NCBI GenBank assembly: GCA_039920385.1
Contig: JBDSDR010000023.1
Span: 6,430 to 70,429 of the forward strand
Direction of reading: 5' to 3'
Length of the DNA stretch: 64,000 nt
DNA from: Candidatus Saccharimonadales bacterium
GTDB lineage: Bacteria; Patescibacteriota; Saccharimonadia; Saccharimonadales; JAUPVS01
The translations under genes were made by a program, and so were the position numbers. The notes under the pieces were generated by a model. It worked only from the letters and a program-made list of their open reading frames with translations, made no database searches and was not told where the DNA came from. Below, piece by piece: positions 47,420 to 55,675 of the stretch. Numbering within the stretch: the first letter of the stretch is position 1; every line of letters starts with the position of its first letter.

Positions 47420-47720
47420 TATAACATGCTTGCGCTTTTATGTCAATATTGCACGGGGCTTTGTTTTGGGAGTATGCTAATGCTTGAAAACAAACACTGA
47501 GATAGAACAGAGCAGGCCTGCCAGTTCTCAGAAAATTCTTAAGAGGTTATTAAAGAGCGTTCCACAGAGAGGGAACTTTATTTAATAATGTTTTAATAAT
47601 TCATATTCACGTGAACTTATCCCTGTTAGTTAAGAACTTTTTAATTAAGATCTAATTAAATGTTAGTGATTTAACAGATATGGTAGACTGGAGGCAGTTA
47701 AGATAGCGGGAAGAATTGCA

Positions 47721-50282
47721 GTGAAACTAAACAAAGTCTACGAACCGGCTGAGTATGAAGATACTATTTACGCCCTTTGGGAAAAGGGTAATGCTTTTAC
47801 GCCCGAAACTGGGGTGGGGGAGGCGAGTTTCAGCATTGTTGTACCGCCGCCTAATGCCAATGGCAACCTTCATCTCGGACATGGCCTAAACCATGCCATC
47901 ATGGACATACTGGTACGTTATCACCGCATGCAAGGCGAAGCTGCCCTGCTATTGCCAGGGGCCGATCATGCCGGCTTCGAAACTCAAGTAGTATACGAAA
48001 AACAACTCGCTAAAGAAGGTAAAAGCCGGTTTGATTTTACGCGAGAACAACTTTATGACCAGATCTACGACTTTGTAGCCAAAAATAAGAATAATTATGA
48101 GGCTCAGTTCCGCAAGCTTGGTGATGGTGTCGACTGGAGCCGATACGTCTTTACTCTTGATGAAAAAATCGTTCGTACCGCTTACAAAACCTTCAAACAA
48201 ATGTGGGACGACAAGCTTGTTTACCGAGGTGAGCGGCTCGTAAACTTCTGTACCTTCCACGGCACCGCTTTTGCTGATATCGAAGTTTCACACCAAGAAG
48301 ACAAGGGTCACCTTTGGTATATTAAATACCCCTTAACTGACGGCAGCGGGGAAGTCATAGTTGCTACTACTAGGCCCGAAACGATGCTAGGCGATACTGC
48401 CGTGGCGGTTCACCCCGATGATAAGCGTTATGCTAAATTTATTGGTAAAACTATTAAGTTACCTCTGACAAATCGCGAAATTCCAATTGTCGCCGATGCT
48501 ATGGTTGAGATGAAATATGGCACCGGCGCCGTTAAGATTACGCCGGCTCACGACCCCAACGACTATGAGGTTGCTCAGCGTCATGACTTGCCAATGATCA
48601 CCGTAATTGACCACGAAGGGAAGATGACCGACGTACACCCCGAATACCGCGGCCTTAAGGTGGCCGATGCTCGCAAAAAGGTTGTCGAAGACCTAACCAA
48701 TCAAAAACTTTTAATTAAAACCGAAGATACTGTTCATAACGTTGGCCATTGCTATAAATGTGGCACGGTGATTGAACCATTACTGCGCGAACAATGGTTC
48801 ATCGACATGCAACCGTTGGTCCAACCAGCTATAAAGGCCTTAGAAGCCGGCGAAATTACTTTTTACCCTGACTCTAAGCGCCAGCAATTAATAACTTACC
48901 TGCAAGGCCTGCGCGACTGGAACATTAGCCGCCAGATTGCCTGGGGGATTCCTATCCCGGCCTTCCAGAATGTTGATAATCCGGATGACTGGATATACAA
49001 CGAACAGGTGACTGACGAGTTGGTTGAAGTTAATGGCAAGACCTACAAACGTGATCCCGACGTATTCGACACTTGGTTTAGTAGTTCCAGTTGGCCATAT
49101 GCCACCCTAGACTACCCAGATGGTAAAGATTTTAACGAATTCTACCCCTTGAGCGTGATGGAAACTGGCGCCGATATTTTGTACCCCTGGGTTAGCCGGA
49201 TGATTATGTTTGGCCTCTATGTCACTGGCCAAGTTCCTTTTAAATCAGTTTATTTGCATGGTCTGGTTTTGGACGAGAAGGGCGCCAAAATGAGCAAGAG
49301 TAAGGGCAATGTAATTGACCCTATGGAAAAGATTAAAATGTTTGGTTCTGATGCCTTCCGAATGGGTATTATTGCCGGCCAAACACCTGGCAATAATCAG
49401 CCGTATGATGAGTCTAAGGTGGTTGGGGCACGTAACTTCTGTAACAAGCTCTGGAACGTGGCTCGCTTTGTCGAAGATAAGCTGGACGACAATGCTAAGC
49501 TGCGCGCCCACCCCGAACCCAAAACAGCTGCTGATCACTGGATGTTGAGCAAATTACAACAATCTACGAAGTTAGTTAGTTCTTATTTGGACGATTACCG
49601 TTTGGCCGAGGCTTACGATACCGTCTACCACCTACTGTGGGACGACTTTGCCGACTGGTACATCGAAGCATCTAAAGAGACTGTTAACCCTTCGGTTTTG
49701 GCCTATAGCCTAGAGGTCATCCTAAAACTAGCGCACCCTTTTGCACCATTCTTAACCGAAACTATCTGGCAAACTCTGGCCTGGGAGGCCGATACTATGT
49801 TGGCGACTAGTTTATGGCCCAATGTCCCTGATAGCGATGCCAAGCAAGCCAAAACTTTTGAAAGCCTAAAAACTGTCGTGACTGAAGCCCGGGCTGTGGC
49901 TACAGCCATGAAAACCAACCAACTGAGCCTCCACTTTATTGCTGAACCGCTATTGCTAGACAACGCCGCCTTAATTAAACGTCTGGCTAAACTGCAAGCT
50001 GTCGAAGAAGTTGACCTGGCCGAAGAGGGGATTAAACTAATCCAAACTGGCCTTAACTGCTGGCTCGACATCGACCCGACGGCTGCCCAAAAGTATGCCC
50101 AAGATCTCAAAGATCAAGCGACCGATCAGCAAAATACAATCAAAAGCCTCGAGAAACGCCTCAGCAATAAATCGTACGTCGATAACGCACCTGAAAAGAT
50201 CGTTAAGCAAACCCAAGACCAGTTAACAGAGGCCGAGCGGCTTCTGGAAGCTCTTAAAGACCAAGCCAAACGATTTAGTTAG
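47721..50282 (+). CDS. valS: Valine--tRNA ligase
   Basis: GTG start. PPPNANGNLHLGH (HIGH) and KMSKSKGN (KMSKS). C-terminal coiled coil. Confidence 0.96.
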   Translation: MKLNKVYEPAEYEDTIYALWEKGNAFTPETGVGEASFSIVVPPPNANGNLHLGHGLNHAIMDILVRYHRMQGEAALLLPGADHAGFETQVVYEKQLAKEGKSRFDFTREQLYDQIYDFVAKNKNNYEAQFRKLGDGVDWSRYVFTLDEKIVRTAYKTFKQMWDDKLVYRGERLVNFCTFHGTAFADIEVSHQEDKGHLWYIKYPLTDGSGEVIVATTRPETMLGDTAVAVHPDDKRYAKFIGKTIKLPLTNREIPIVADAMVEMKYGTGAVKITPAHDPNDYEVAQRHDLPMITVIDHEGKMTDVHPEYRGLKVADARKKVVEDLTNQKLLIKTEDTVHNVGHCYKCGTVIEPLLREQWFIDMQPLVQPAIKALEAGEITFYPDSKRQQLITYLQGLRDWNISRQIAWGIPIPAFQNVDNPDDWIYNEQVTDELVEVNGKTYKRDPDVFDTWFSSSSWPYATLDYPDGKDFNEFYPLSVMETGADILYPWVSRMIMFGLYVTGQVPFKSVYLHGLVLDEKGAKMSKSKGNVIDPMEKIKMFGSDAFRMGIIAGQTPGNNQPYDESKVVGARNFCNKLWNVARFVEDKLDDNAKLRAHPEPKTAADHWMLSKLQQSTKLVSSYLDDYRLAEAYDTVYHLLWDDFADWYIEASKETVNPSVLAYSLEVILKLAHPFAPFLTETIWQTLAWEADTMLATSLWPNVPDSDAKQAKTFESLKTVVTEARAVATAMKTNQLSLHFIAEPLLLDNAALIKRLAKLQAVEEVDLAEEGIKLIQTGLNCWLDIDPTAAQKYAQDLKDQATDQQNTIKSLEKRLSNKSYVDNAPEKIVKQTQDQLTEAERLLEALKDQAKRFS

Positions 50283-51133
50283 AACTCTAATGCCTGGCGA
50301 ATGTGCTCGACACTCTCGGATGGGCGATAATCATCAAACCACAAAACGTGCCAGCCAGATTTTTCGGCGGCCATCAGGTTGGTACGGCTGTCATCAACCA
50401 GCAGAATTTGCGAAGCTGGAACACCGGCTTTTTCTTGGGCTATTTGGTAAATCTTAGGTTCGGGCTTAATTGCCTTCACGACAGACGAATCGATAACAGA
50501 GTGGTAGGGGAGGGTAGGCACTTTACCGGCAACCTGCAAGGCTCCAATCAAGCCAGGCATAATGTTACTGAGTAATCCAACCTCAAAATGTTCTAAAGCC
50601 CATGGTAACAAAGCGTGCATCTCGGTAATCGGCTCGACAGCATCCAGATAGTAACGCGCCCAATCAAGCGAAGCTAGACGCAAGCGCTTGGCAAAAGCCT
50701 GGTTAAAGTCGTGCATACTCATCTCACCTCGACAGACTTCGTCGTTATAATGCCAAAAAGTGGTTTCGATTTGGTCGACTGGCACGCCTGTTTCGTGGGC
50801 TAAACGACTAAAGGCCTGATGGAAGAATCGAACCAAGCAGCCATTGATATCAAAATAGACAAAGGTTACGCCCGATTTTGCGGTCTTTTTAAGGGCTTCC
50901 GGTTTATTACCTAGGGAAGAACCGATTAGCTGGTCTAAGGTCAGTCCTACGGTGTCTGCAATGCTCTGAATGGTAAAGATAGACGGGGACTTAATAGCAC
51001 CGCGCTCAATCTTGGCCAAAGTAGAGTAGGCCAGATGGGCCTTCTGGCACAATTCTTGCTGCGTCAAACCGGCCGCCTTACGGGCTGCCTGCAGACGTAA
51101 ACCAAGACTTTTTTCGTCGACCCCACTACTCAT
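50279..51133 (-). CDS. XRE-family HTH fused to a HAD-like hydrolase domain
   Basis: N-terminal LGLRLQAARKAAGLTQQELCQKAHLAYSTLAKIERG (HTH_3). C-terminal VYFDINGCLV... and ILLVDDSRTNLMAAEKSGWH (HAD motifs). Confidence 0.7.
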   Translation of the reverse strand: MSSGVDEKSLGLRLQAARKAAGLTQQELCQKAHLAYSTLAKIERGAIKSPSIFTIQSIADTVGLTLDQLIGSSLGNKPEALKKTAKSGVTFVYFDINGCLVRFFHQAFSRLAHETGVPVDQIETTFWHYNDEVCRGEMSMHDFNQAFAKRLRLASLDWARYYLDAVEPITEMHALLPWALEHFEVGLLSNIMPGLIGALQVAGKVPTLPYHSVIDSSVVKAIKPEPKIYQIAQEKAGVPASQILLVDDSRTNLMAAEKSGWHVLWFDDYRPSESVEHIRQALEF

Positions 51134-51182
51134 ATGCCCTCATGATATCAGTTATTGGGCAGTTTTGGCGACTAAATTAGTA

Positions 51183-51575
51183 TTATAAGGCTAGTTTGTC
51201 AGCCAAGGCCTTAATTTTGGCGAAATCAGGCGGTACAGTTTCGTCTGCGCTTTCTCGATATTCTTCAAAATTATCGAAGGCCAGAATGTGAACATGGGCG
51301 TGGGGCACATCTAAGCCAACAACCTGTAAGCCAACTCGCTTAGTCTGCAATACGTCCTTCATGTGCTTAGCAACCATTTTTACAGTGGACATTAGCGCTT
51401 GGTAATCTTCATCTGTTAAATCGAAGAATTGCTCCACCTGCACCTTTGGGATAACCAACAAATGCCCTTTGGCAATTGGGTGCAAGGGAACAATTACAAT
51501 CGTCTTGTCGTCTTCGTAGATTTTGCTGCTAGGCAATTCGCCTTTAATAATCTTCGTGAAGACACTATCGGCCAT
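51183..51575 (-). CDS. HIT family nucleotide hydrolase
   Basis: Histidine triad VPHAHVHIL. N-terminal FTKIIKGELPS. Confidence 0.9.
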   Translation of the reverse strand: MADSVFTKIIKGELPSSKIYEDDKTIVIVPLHPIAKGHLLVIPKVQVEQFFDLTDEDYQALMSTVKMVAKHMKDVLQTKRVGLQVVGLDVPHAHVHILAFDNFEEYRESADETVPPDFAKIKALADKLAL

Positions 51576-51577
51576 GA

Positions 51578-51829
51578 CTAAATTCCTAAAATTTGTTTTT
51601 TCTTAGCGTCAAACTCTTCTTGAGTTAATATGCCCTGTTCTTTAAGTTTGCCGAGTTTTTCAAGCTCCGCGTAGGGGTCGGCGGCTTGGGCGACTGGCGC
51701 AGTAGCCTGCGGAACGGGCTGTTCCTGTGGGGCAGGGCTGTTAGAGCGTGCCGCAGCCGCTCCGACTGCCGCACCTACAATTAAACCGCGACGGCGACCG
51801 CGTCTTCGAGCTACCATCATTGGACCCAT
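51578..51829 (-). CDS. SHOCT-domain small protein
   Basis: C-terminal LEKLGKLKEQGILTQEEFDAKKKQILG is the SHOCT motif. Confidence 0.7.
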   Translation of the reverse strand: MGPMMVARRRGRRRGLIVGAAVGAAAARSNSPAPQEQPVPQATAPVAQAADPYAELEKLGKLKEQGILTQEEFDAKKKQILGI

Positions 51830-52266
51830 TATTTTTCTCCTTCTTTTTTAGCTTCAACTTCGGCCTCGGCGGCGCTAACAGCATCGGGGTGAACCCGGCC
51901 TTCAGCCAACAAGACTCCATCGGCCTTCAACACAGCTTCTTTGAAGCTCTTGGCCCAAAGGTGTTCAAATACTAGTACCCCAGCCGAGCTGTTGTTGTCT
52001 AGTGAATCGGCCAATTCTAGCGCATCCTCTTCGGTCATCAGGCCAGTCAGGTCGTTGGCGTAGGCTTTAAAAGCCGCCGCTACTTCTGGCGGCATGTTTT
52101 CGAGCTCAACAATAGCAGCGTTACCAGCTGCGTCTTTTGTAACGAAGACGAGGTCGATAATACGGACTAGTCCGGAATCAACCAGCTTTTGCAATTCAGC
52201 GATAATTTCGCCTTTAAAGTTATTCTGAGGAAAGCCGATGGCTACATAATCTACTGGCCCAAGCAT
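51829..52266 (-). CDS. Conserved hypothetical protein, DUF6325-like
   Basis: MLGPVDYVAIGFPQNNFKGEIIAELQKLVDSGLVRIIDLVFVTKD resembles the actinobacterial family usually found next to SHOCT proteins. 1-nt overlap with the SHOCT gene. Confidence 0.5.
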   Translation of the reverse strand: MLGPVDYVAIGFPQNNFKGEIIAELQKLVDSGLVRIIDLVFVTKDAAGNAAIVELENMPPEVAAAFKAYANDLTGLMTEEDALELADSLDNNSSAGVLVFEHLWAKSFKEAVLKADGVLLAEGRVHPDAVSAAEAEVEAKKEGEK

Positions 52267-52359
52267 GCTGACTCCTAACAGTTAAGTTTCTTAATTAATT
52301 ATAGCAAACTACTAAGCATGTTAGAGTATTACCAACACCACATAAACTAGGAAATCCCT

Positions 52360-53406
52360 ATGAGTAAATCGTCTGATGTCGCCGTCTTTAAGCAAAAGAT
52401 CTTTATTGTGATGGGAATCGCCATTGGCTTATACCTATTCTTCTTAAGCCGCAGCGTCTTGGCTAAACTAGGAATTGCTATCTTATTTATGGTCATTCTT
52501 GATCCGTTAGTAAAGTTCTTTATGCGTTTTATGCCTAAAAAGAATCGGTTCTTGGCTATTATGGCCACATTTGCAGTTTTAGGCTTATTTATAGTTGTGG
52601 TACTAGCTCGTCTAATTCCCATCCTGAATGAGCAGTTTAGTGAAGCCCTTAAGACCTTGAACGATGCTGCCAATGAGGCCCAAACCACTGGTCAAACCTT
52701 ATCGCAAGCCTTAGCGGCTGGTAGCCCAACCAGCAGTATTAATGCCTTATTGCCCTACATTTCTAAAGCCATTCCCGCCATACTCGACTTTCTGTTTAGT
52801 TCTATCAACTCTTTACTGAGTGGGCTATTCGCCCAGTTAATGGTCTTTGGTTTTGTACTATTTGGGCTAATCGAGGGGCCGCGCATGGTCGAAGCCCTTA
52901 AGACCGCCGTGCCAAAAGAACGCCTGACTGATGTTGTTTGGACCTGCCGAACTGCCTACAAAGCAGTCACCAGTTACATCACCGGTAATCTATTCATCAG
53001 CCTGTGCGCAGGTGTTGCCAGTTTCTTCTTTTGCTTGATCGTCGGCATCCCGTACCCCTTCTTGATGGCCGTCGCGGTTGCAATCTGTGACCTGGTCCCA
53101 ATGTTTGGCGCCTATCTGTTTGGCCTGGTACTTGGCCTGTTTGGCCTCCTGTTTGTCGGTATGGATGTGGCAATTATTGCCGTCATCTTTACAGTTATTT
53201 ACCAACAATTCGAAAACCAGGTCTTAAGCCCGATTGTTTATAACAAGGCTAACAGCCTATCCCCCTTGACAGTGTTGGTTGCGGTTAGCATTGGTGGAGC
53301 GGTTGGCGGCTTACTTGGTGCACTTATTGCCATCCCCGTTGGTACCACCATACAATTGTCGATTCAGCGTTATTTAGCCCGCAAGAACACCGCTCCAGCC
53401 AAGTAG
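52360..53406 (+). CDS. AI-2E family (PerM/YhhT-like) transporter
   Basis: Eight-helix polytopic layout. Conserved C-terminal ...PLTVLVAVSIGGAVGGLLGALIAIPV. Confidence 0.75.
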   Translation: MSKSSDVAVFKQKIFIVMGIAIGLYLFFLSRSVLAKLGIAILFMVILDPLVKFFMRFMPKKNRFLAIMATFAVLGLFIVVVLARLIPILNEQFSEALKTLNDAANEAQTTGQTLSQALAAGSPTSSINALLPYISKAIPAILDFLFSSINSLLSGLFAQLMVFGFVLFGLIEGPRMVEALKTAVPKERLTDVVWTCRTAYKAVTSYITGNLFISLCAGVASFFFCLIVGIPYPFLMAVAVAICDLVPMFGAYLFGLVLGLFGLLFVGMDVAIIAVIFTVIYQQFENQVLSPIVYNKANSLSPLTVLVAVSIGGAVGGLLGALIAIPVGTTIQLSIQRYLARKNTAPAK

Positions 53407-53414
53407 TCTTCTCA

Positions 53415-53504
53415 TGGCGGAAGGGGAGGGATTCGAACCCTCGGTACCATTGCTGGCACACTTGTTTTCGAGACAAGCCAGTTCAACCACTCCTGCACCC
53501 TTCC
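53415..53504 (-). tRNA. tRNA-Ser (anticodon CGA)
   Basis: Hand-folded. Acceptor GGAAGGG/CCCTTCC. Anticodon stem CTTGT/ACAAG with loop CTCGAAA. Long variable arm. T-arm GAGGG-TTCGAAT-CCCTC. Encoded CCA. Confidence 0.9.
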
Positions 53505-53598
53505 GTACCGCTATTTTAACAGATTGAACACCAAAGTAGTGGGGGACTGGTATTTACTGACCAAATATGGTAGGATTACCTCTGTTACTTTGCATTTT

Positions 53599-53675
53599 GT
53601 ACCCGTAGCTCAGCTGGATAGAGCGTTGGCTTGCGGAGCCAAAGGTCGTAGGTTCGAATCCTATCGGGTACACCA
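53599..53675 (+). tRNA. tRNA-Arg (anticodon GCG)
   Basis: Hand-folded. Acceptor GTACCCG/CGGGTAC. D-arm GCTC-AGCTGGATA-GAGC. Anticodon stem TTGGC/GCCAA with loop TTGCGGA. T-arm GTAGG-TTCGAAT-CCTAT. Discriminator A and encoded CCA. Confidence 0.9.
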
Positions 53676-53683
53676 ATAAAAAC

Positions 53684-53707
53684 GTCTCACGTTAGTGGGA
53701 CTTTTTT
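53684..53707 (+). terminator. Rho-independent terminator after tRNA-Arg
   Basis: GTCTCAC-gtta-GTGGGAC followed by TTTTTT. Confidence 0.75.
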
Positions 53708-53719
53708 ATTGGTTATTTG

Positions 53720-53838
53720 GAAAGAATGAGAACCGTAGCGCGAAGCGCAGGTGCGACGGCAAGGTGCACGCGCAGGAGTTTACTCCGAGCATGTGCCGCA
53801 GACGGTAGCGAAGCGTCCATCCAGAGGGTACACCAAGC
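53720..53838 (+). ncRNA. Unclassified conserved structured element, copy A (tRNA-terminator-proximal)
   Basis: Shares the 15-mer GAAAGAATGAGAACC, two hairpins with compensatory changes and several conserved blocks with 58539..58636. It ends in a copy of the tRNA-Arg 3' end (GGGTACACCAA). Confidence 0.4.
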
Positions 53839-53880
53839 ATAAGCAGCACGAAAGACTTCCTAATGAAAGTCTTTTTTTGT
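53826..53880 (+). repeat. Repeat unit R0 (partial): duplicated tRNA-Arg 3' end plus private terminator
   Basis: GGGTACACCAAGCATAA, then AAAGACTT-cctaatga-AAGTCTTT, then TTTTTGTTT. The 11 nt at 53826-53836 are identical to 53666-53676. Confidence 0.65.
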
Positions 53881-53896
53881 TTGGTATGATTCTATT

Positions 53897-54538
53897 ATGC
53901 GTACTCCGAACCCCGATAACCCCACTCAACGCGAACACATTTCGGCTGAACACTTAGCTGAGTTCGTTAAGGGCTTGGAACCACGCGGAGATAAGCCAGC
54001 TTTCGTTGCTATTTCTGGATTTGGAGGATCAGGGAAATCTACATTAGCCACAAGGATAGGTGAAATGATCGGAGAAGAGGCGACCGTTGTACCGATTGAT
54101 AACTTTATTATTGGAGCCAGGGATGAGCGGTCAGAAGACTGGCACACATTCGATAGGGAAAGACTTGACCATGATGTAATTCAACCTGCACGCATTGGCG
54201 AGATACTTAGGTACCAAAGGTATAATTCGGGAGACTGGGTCAATAACAGAGGAGGAGATTGGGTCGAGACTACTGTTGGCCGAATTATAATTATTGAAGG
54301 CTGTGGCATTCTACACCCAGCGCTGATGCCAGCCTACGACCTATCCGCATGGATAGACTTACCGCAGTACCGAGCGCTAGAATCCGCAAAGTATCGTGAC
54401 GCCTCCGAAGTAGAGCTTTTTGGGGATGACGATACAGTAGTTCTATGGGATGAAGTTTGGGGACCGAACGACAAAGACTTCTTGGACAACTTCAGACCAG
54501 ACCTCCATGCAACAGTACTTATCGAACCACAGTTCTGA
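53897..54538 (+). CDS. Cassette A: P-loop kinase (uridine kinase/PRK-like)
   Basis: Walker A ISGFGGSGKSTLA. Extended -10 TGgTATGAT lies 6 nt upstream of the ATG. The stop TGA lies inside repeat R1. Confidence 0.65.
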   Translation: MRTPNPDNPTQREHISAEHLAEFVKGLEPRGDKPAFVAISGFGGSGKSTLATRIGEMIGEEATVVPIDNFIIGARDERSEDWHTFDRERLDHDVIQPARIGEILRYQRYNSGDWVNNRGGDWVETTVGRIIIIEGCGILHPALMPAYDLSAWIDLPQYRALESAKYRDASEVELFGDDDTVVLWDEVWGPNDKDFLDNFRPDLHATVLIEPQF

Positions 54539-54609
54539 CCTCAACCACTACGCCACACCAAAGCATAAGCGTTGTCTGAAGACTTCTTCTGAGGTCTTTT
54601 TGTTTACAG
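54532..54609 (+). repeat. Repeat unit R1
   Basis: GTTCTGACCTCAACCACTACGCCACACCAAAGCATAA, then AGACTTC-ttct-GAGGTCT, then TTTTGTTT. Confidence 0.7.
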
Positions 54610-54617
54610 GTATAGGG

Positions 54618-55196
54618 TTAAAGTTTGCTCAAGTCGGGCGCAGAATCCGGCCATTCTAAAGCATAGTGTCCAGCCGTCCAGACAATTTGTTCAACCAGCA
54701 TATGAGGTGCTTTAGCAATTACCCCCAGTCGCTGCCCAGCGCTTTCAGCATCTTTTATACGGTTAAGATCCACGGTCGGGCTATAACCCTCTATTACTTT
54801 CCCAGACCTGGTAATGTAGTTATGCTTATCAACTTCATAAGGGTCGGCTCCGGAGTAACTACCGTTCGTTCCTTTCCACATTCCAAGATACCAACAGAGA
54901 TCTTTTCCAAGAGTGATGAACGGGCGTTTATATATTAAGTGAGCATTCCTATCAGCGCCAGGCTTCACATACTGTTGACGGCTATAAGTAGCCCATACTT
55001 CGGGAGGCGGGTTCTCCTCTCTCAAAAGACCTGCCAGCACCTTGAGGCCTGCGGCTACCTTAAAAAATCCTCCATTACGGTATCGTTGCTGTAAAGCTTC
55101 ATGTTCAGCATTAGCTCTCGCTTGTTGTTGCTGGGCGGCAGTTTCGGCAATAGATTCAGCTCTTGCACGCTCAATACGACGGTTCATTTCAGACAT
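54618..55196 (-). CDS. Cassette B: hypothetical protein (192 aa)
   Basis: Longest ORF in the interval. AAGGAG SD lies 5 nt upstream. N-terminal Q/A-rich helix. No recognised family. Confidence 0.55.
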   Translation of the reverse strand: MSEMNRRIERARAESIAETAAQQQQARANAEHEALQQRYRNGGFFKVAAGLKVLAGLLREENPPPEVWATYSRQQYVKPGADRNAHLIYKRPFITLGKDLCWYLGMWKGTNGSYSGADPYEVDKHNYITRSGKVIEGYSPTVDLNRIKDAESAGQRLGVIAKAPHMLVEQIVWTAGHYALEWPDSAPDLSKL

Positions 55197-55254
55197 AACT
55201 ACTCCTTATACAAGAATAGTTATGTTTTATCAAATACTTTTCTGAACTTTTGTT

Positions 55255-55330
55255 GTTCTGACCTCAGCTATCGCGCCACACCAAGCATAATCACCGTACA
55301 AAGATCTCTGGATGGAGGTCTTTTTTGTTT
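55255..55330 (+). repeat. Repeat unit R2
   Basis: GTTCTGACCTCAGCTATCGCGCCACACCAAGCATAA, then AGATCTC-tggatg-GAGGTCT, then TTTTTTGTTT. Confidence 0.7.
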
Positions 55331-55628
55331 ACTCTGTTGGTTCGGGTACAGTTGGCTGCTCACCCTGCTGGGTCCGAAGACCTGCTATAACACCAGAGTC
55401 GAAGCCCATTTCGTGACAGCCAAGTCCCACGGCAATTGCTCCTGTGGCGATACCTACTACAGAGAGGGCATTAAGAGCAAGATCAGTGAACGCCTCACCC
55501 GTTTCCACTATACCTATAGCAGCTGCACCCATGGCAATCAGAATCACTCCAGGAGCTATGTAACCCATTTTATGGCTTTCTCTGCGGTTTCTATGGTGTT
55601 CGATTTGAGCTTCTATAGTACTGTTCAT
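55329..55628 (-). CDS. Cassette C: small Gly/Ala-rich two-TM protein (99 aa)
   Basis: Two hydrophobic helices (GVILIAMGAAAIGIV and VVGIATGAIAVGLG). TATACT lies 7 nt upstream of the ATG. Preferred over the junk-like antisense ORF 55101..55676. Confidence 0.5.
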   Translation of the reverse strand: MNSTIEAQIEHHRNRRESHKMGYIAPGVILIAMGAAAIGIVETGEAFTDLALNALSVVGIATGAIAVGLGCHEMGFDSGVIAGLRTQQGEQPTVPEPTE

Positions 55629-55675
55629 GTTTCAAAGTATAGGCTTATCAATTTTTTCTGTAAACCATACCAGTA

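Noticed and set aside
47420-47720. T-box riboswitch upstream of valS
   Set aside because: I could not find the conserved T-box sequence (AAxxAGGGTGGTACCGCG-like), a specifier loop with a Val codon in proper context, or an AG bulge or distal loop motif. Only generic hairpins are present.
53720-53838. Identity of element A/B as tmRNA, SRP (4.5S) RNA, 6S RNA, RNase P RNA or a tRNA pseudogene
   Set aside because: There is no T-arm or acceptor pairing, so it is not tmRNA or a tRNA. The GAAGC(A/G) and CAAGG blocks superficially recall SRP helix 8, but the GNAR tetraloop context and the 5' strand partner are missing. It is much too short for RNase P, and two diverged copies would not be expected for any of these RNAs.
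53751-53957. 68-aa plus-strand ORF downstream of tRNA-Arg
   Set aside because: It spans structured element A, repeat R0 and its terminator, and runs into the start of cassette A in another frame. It has no start context.
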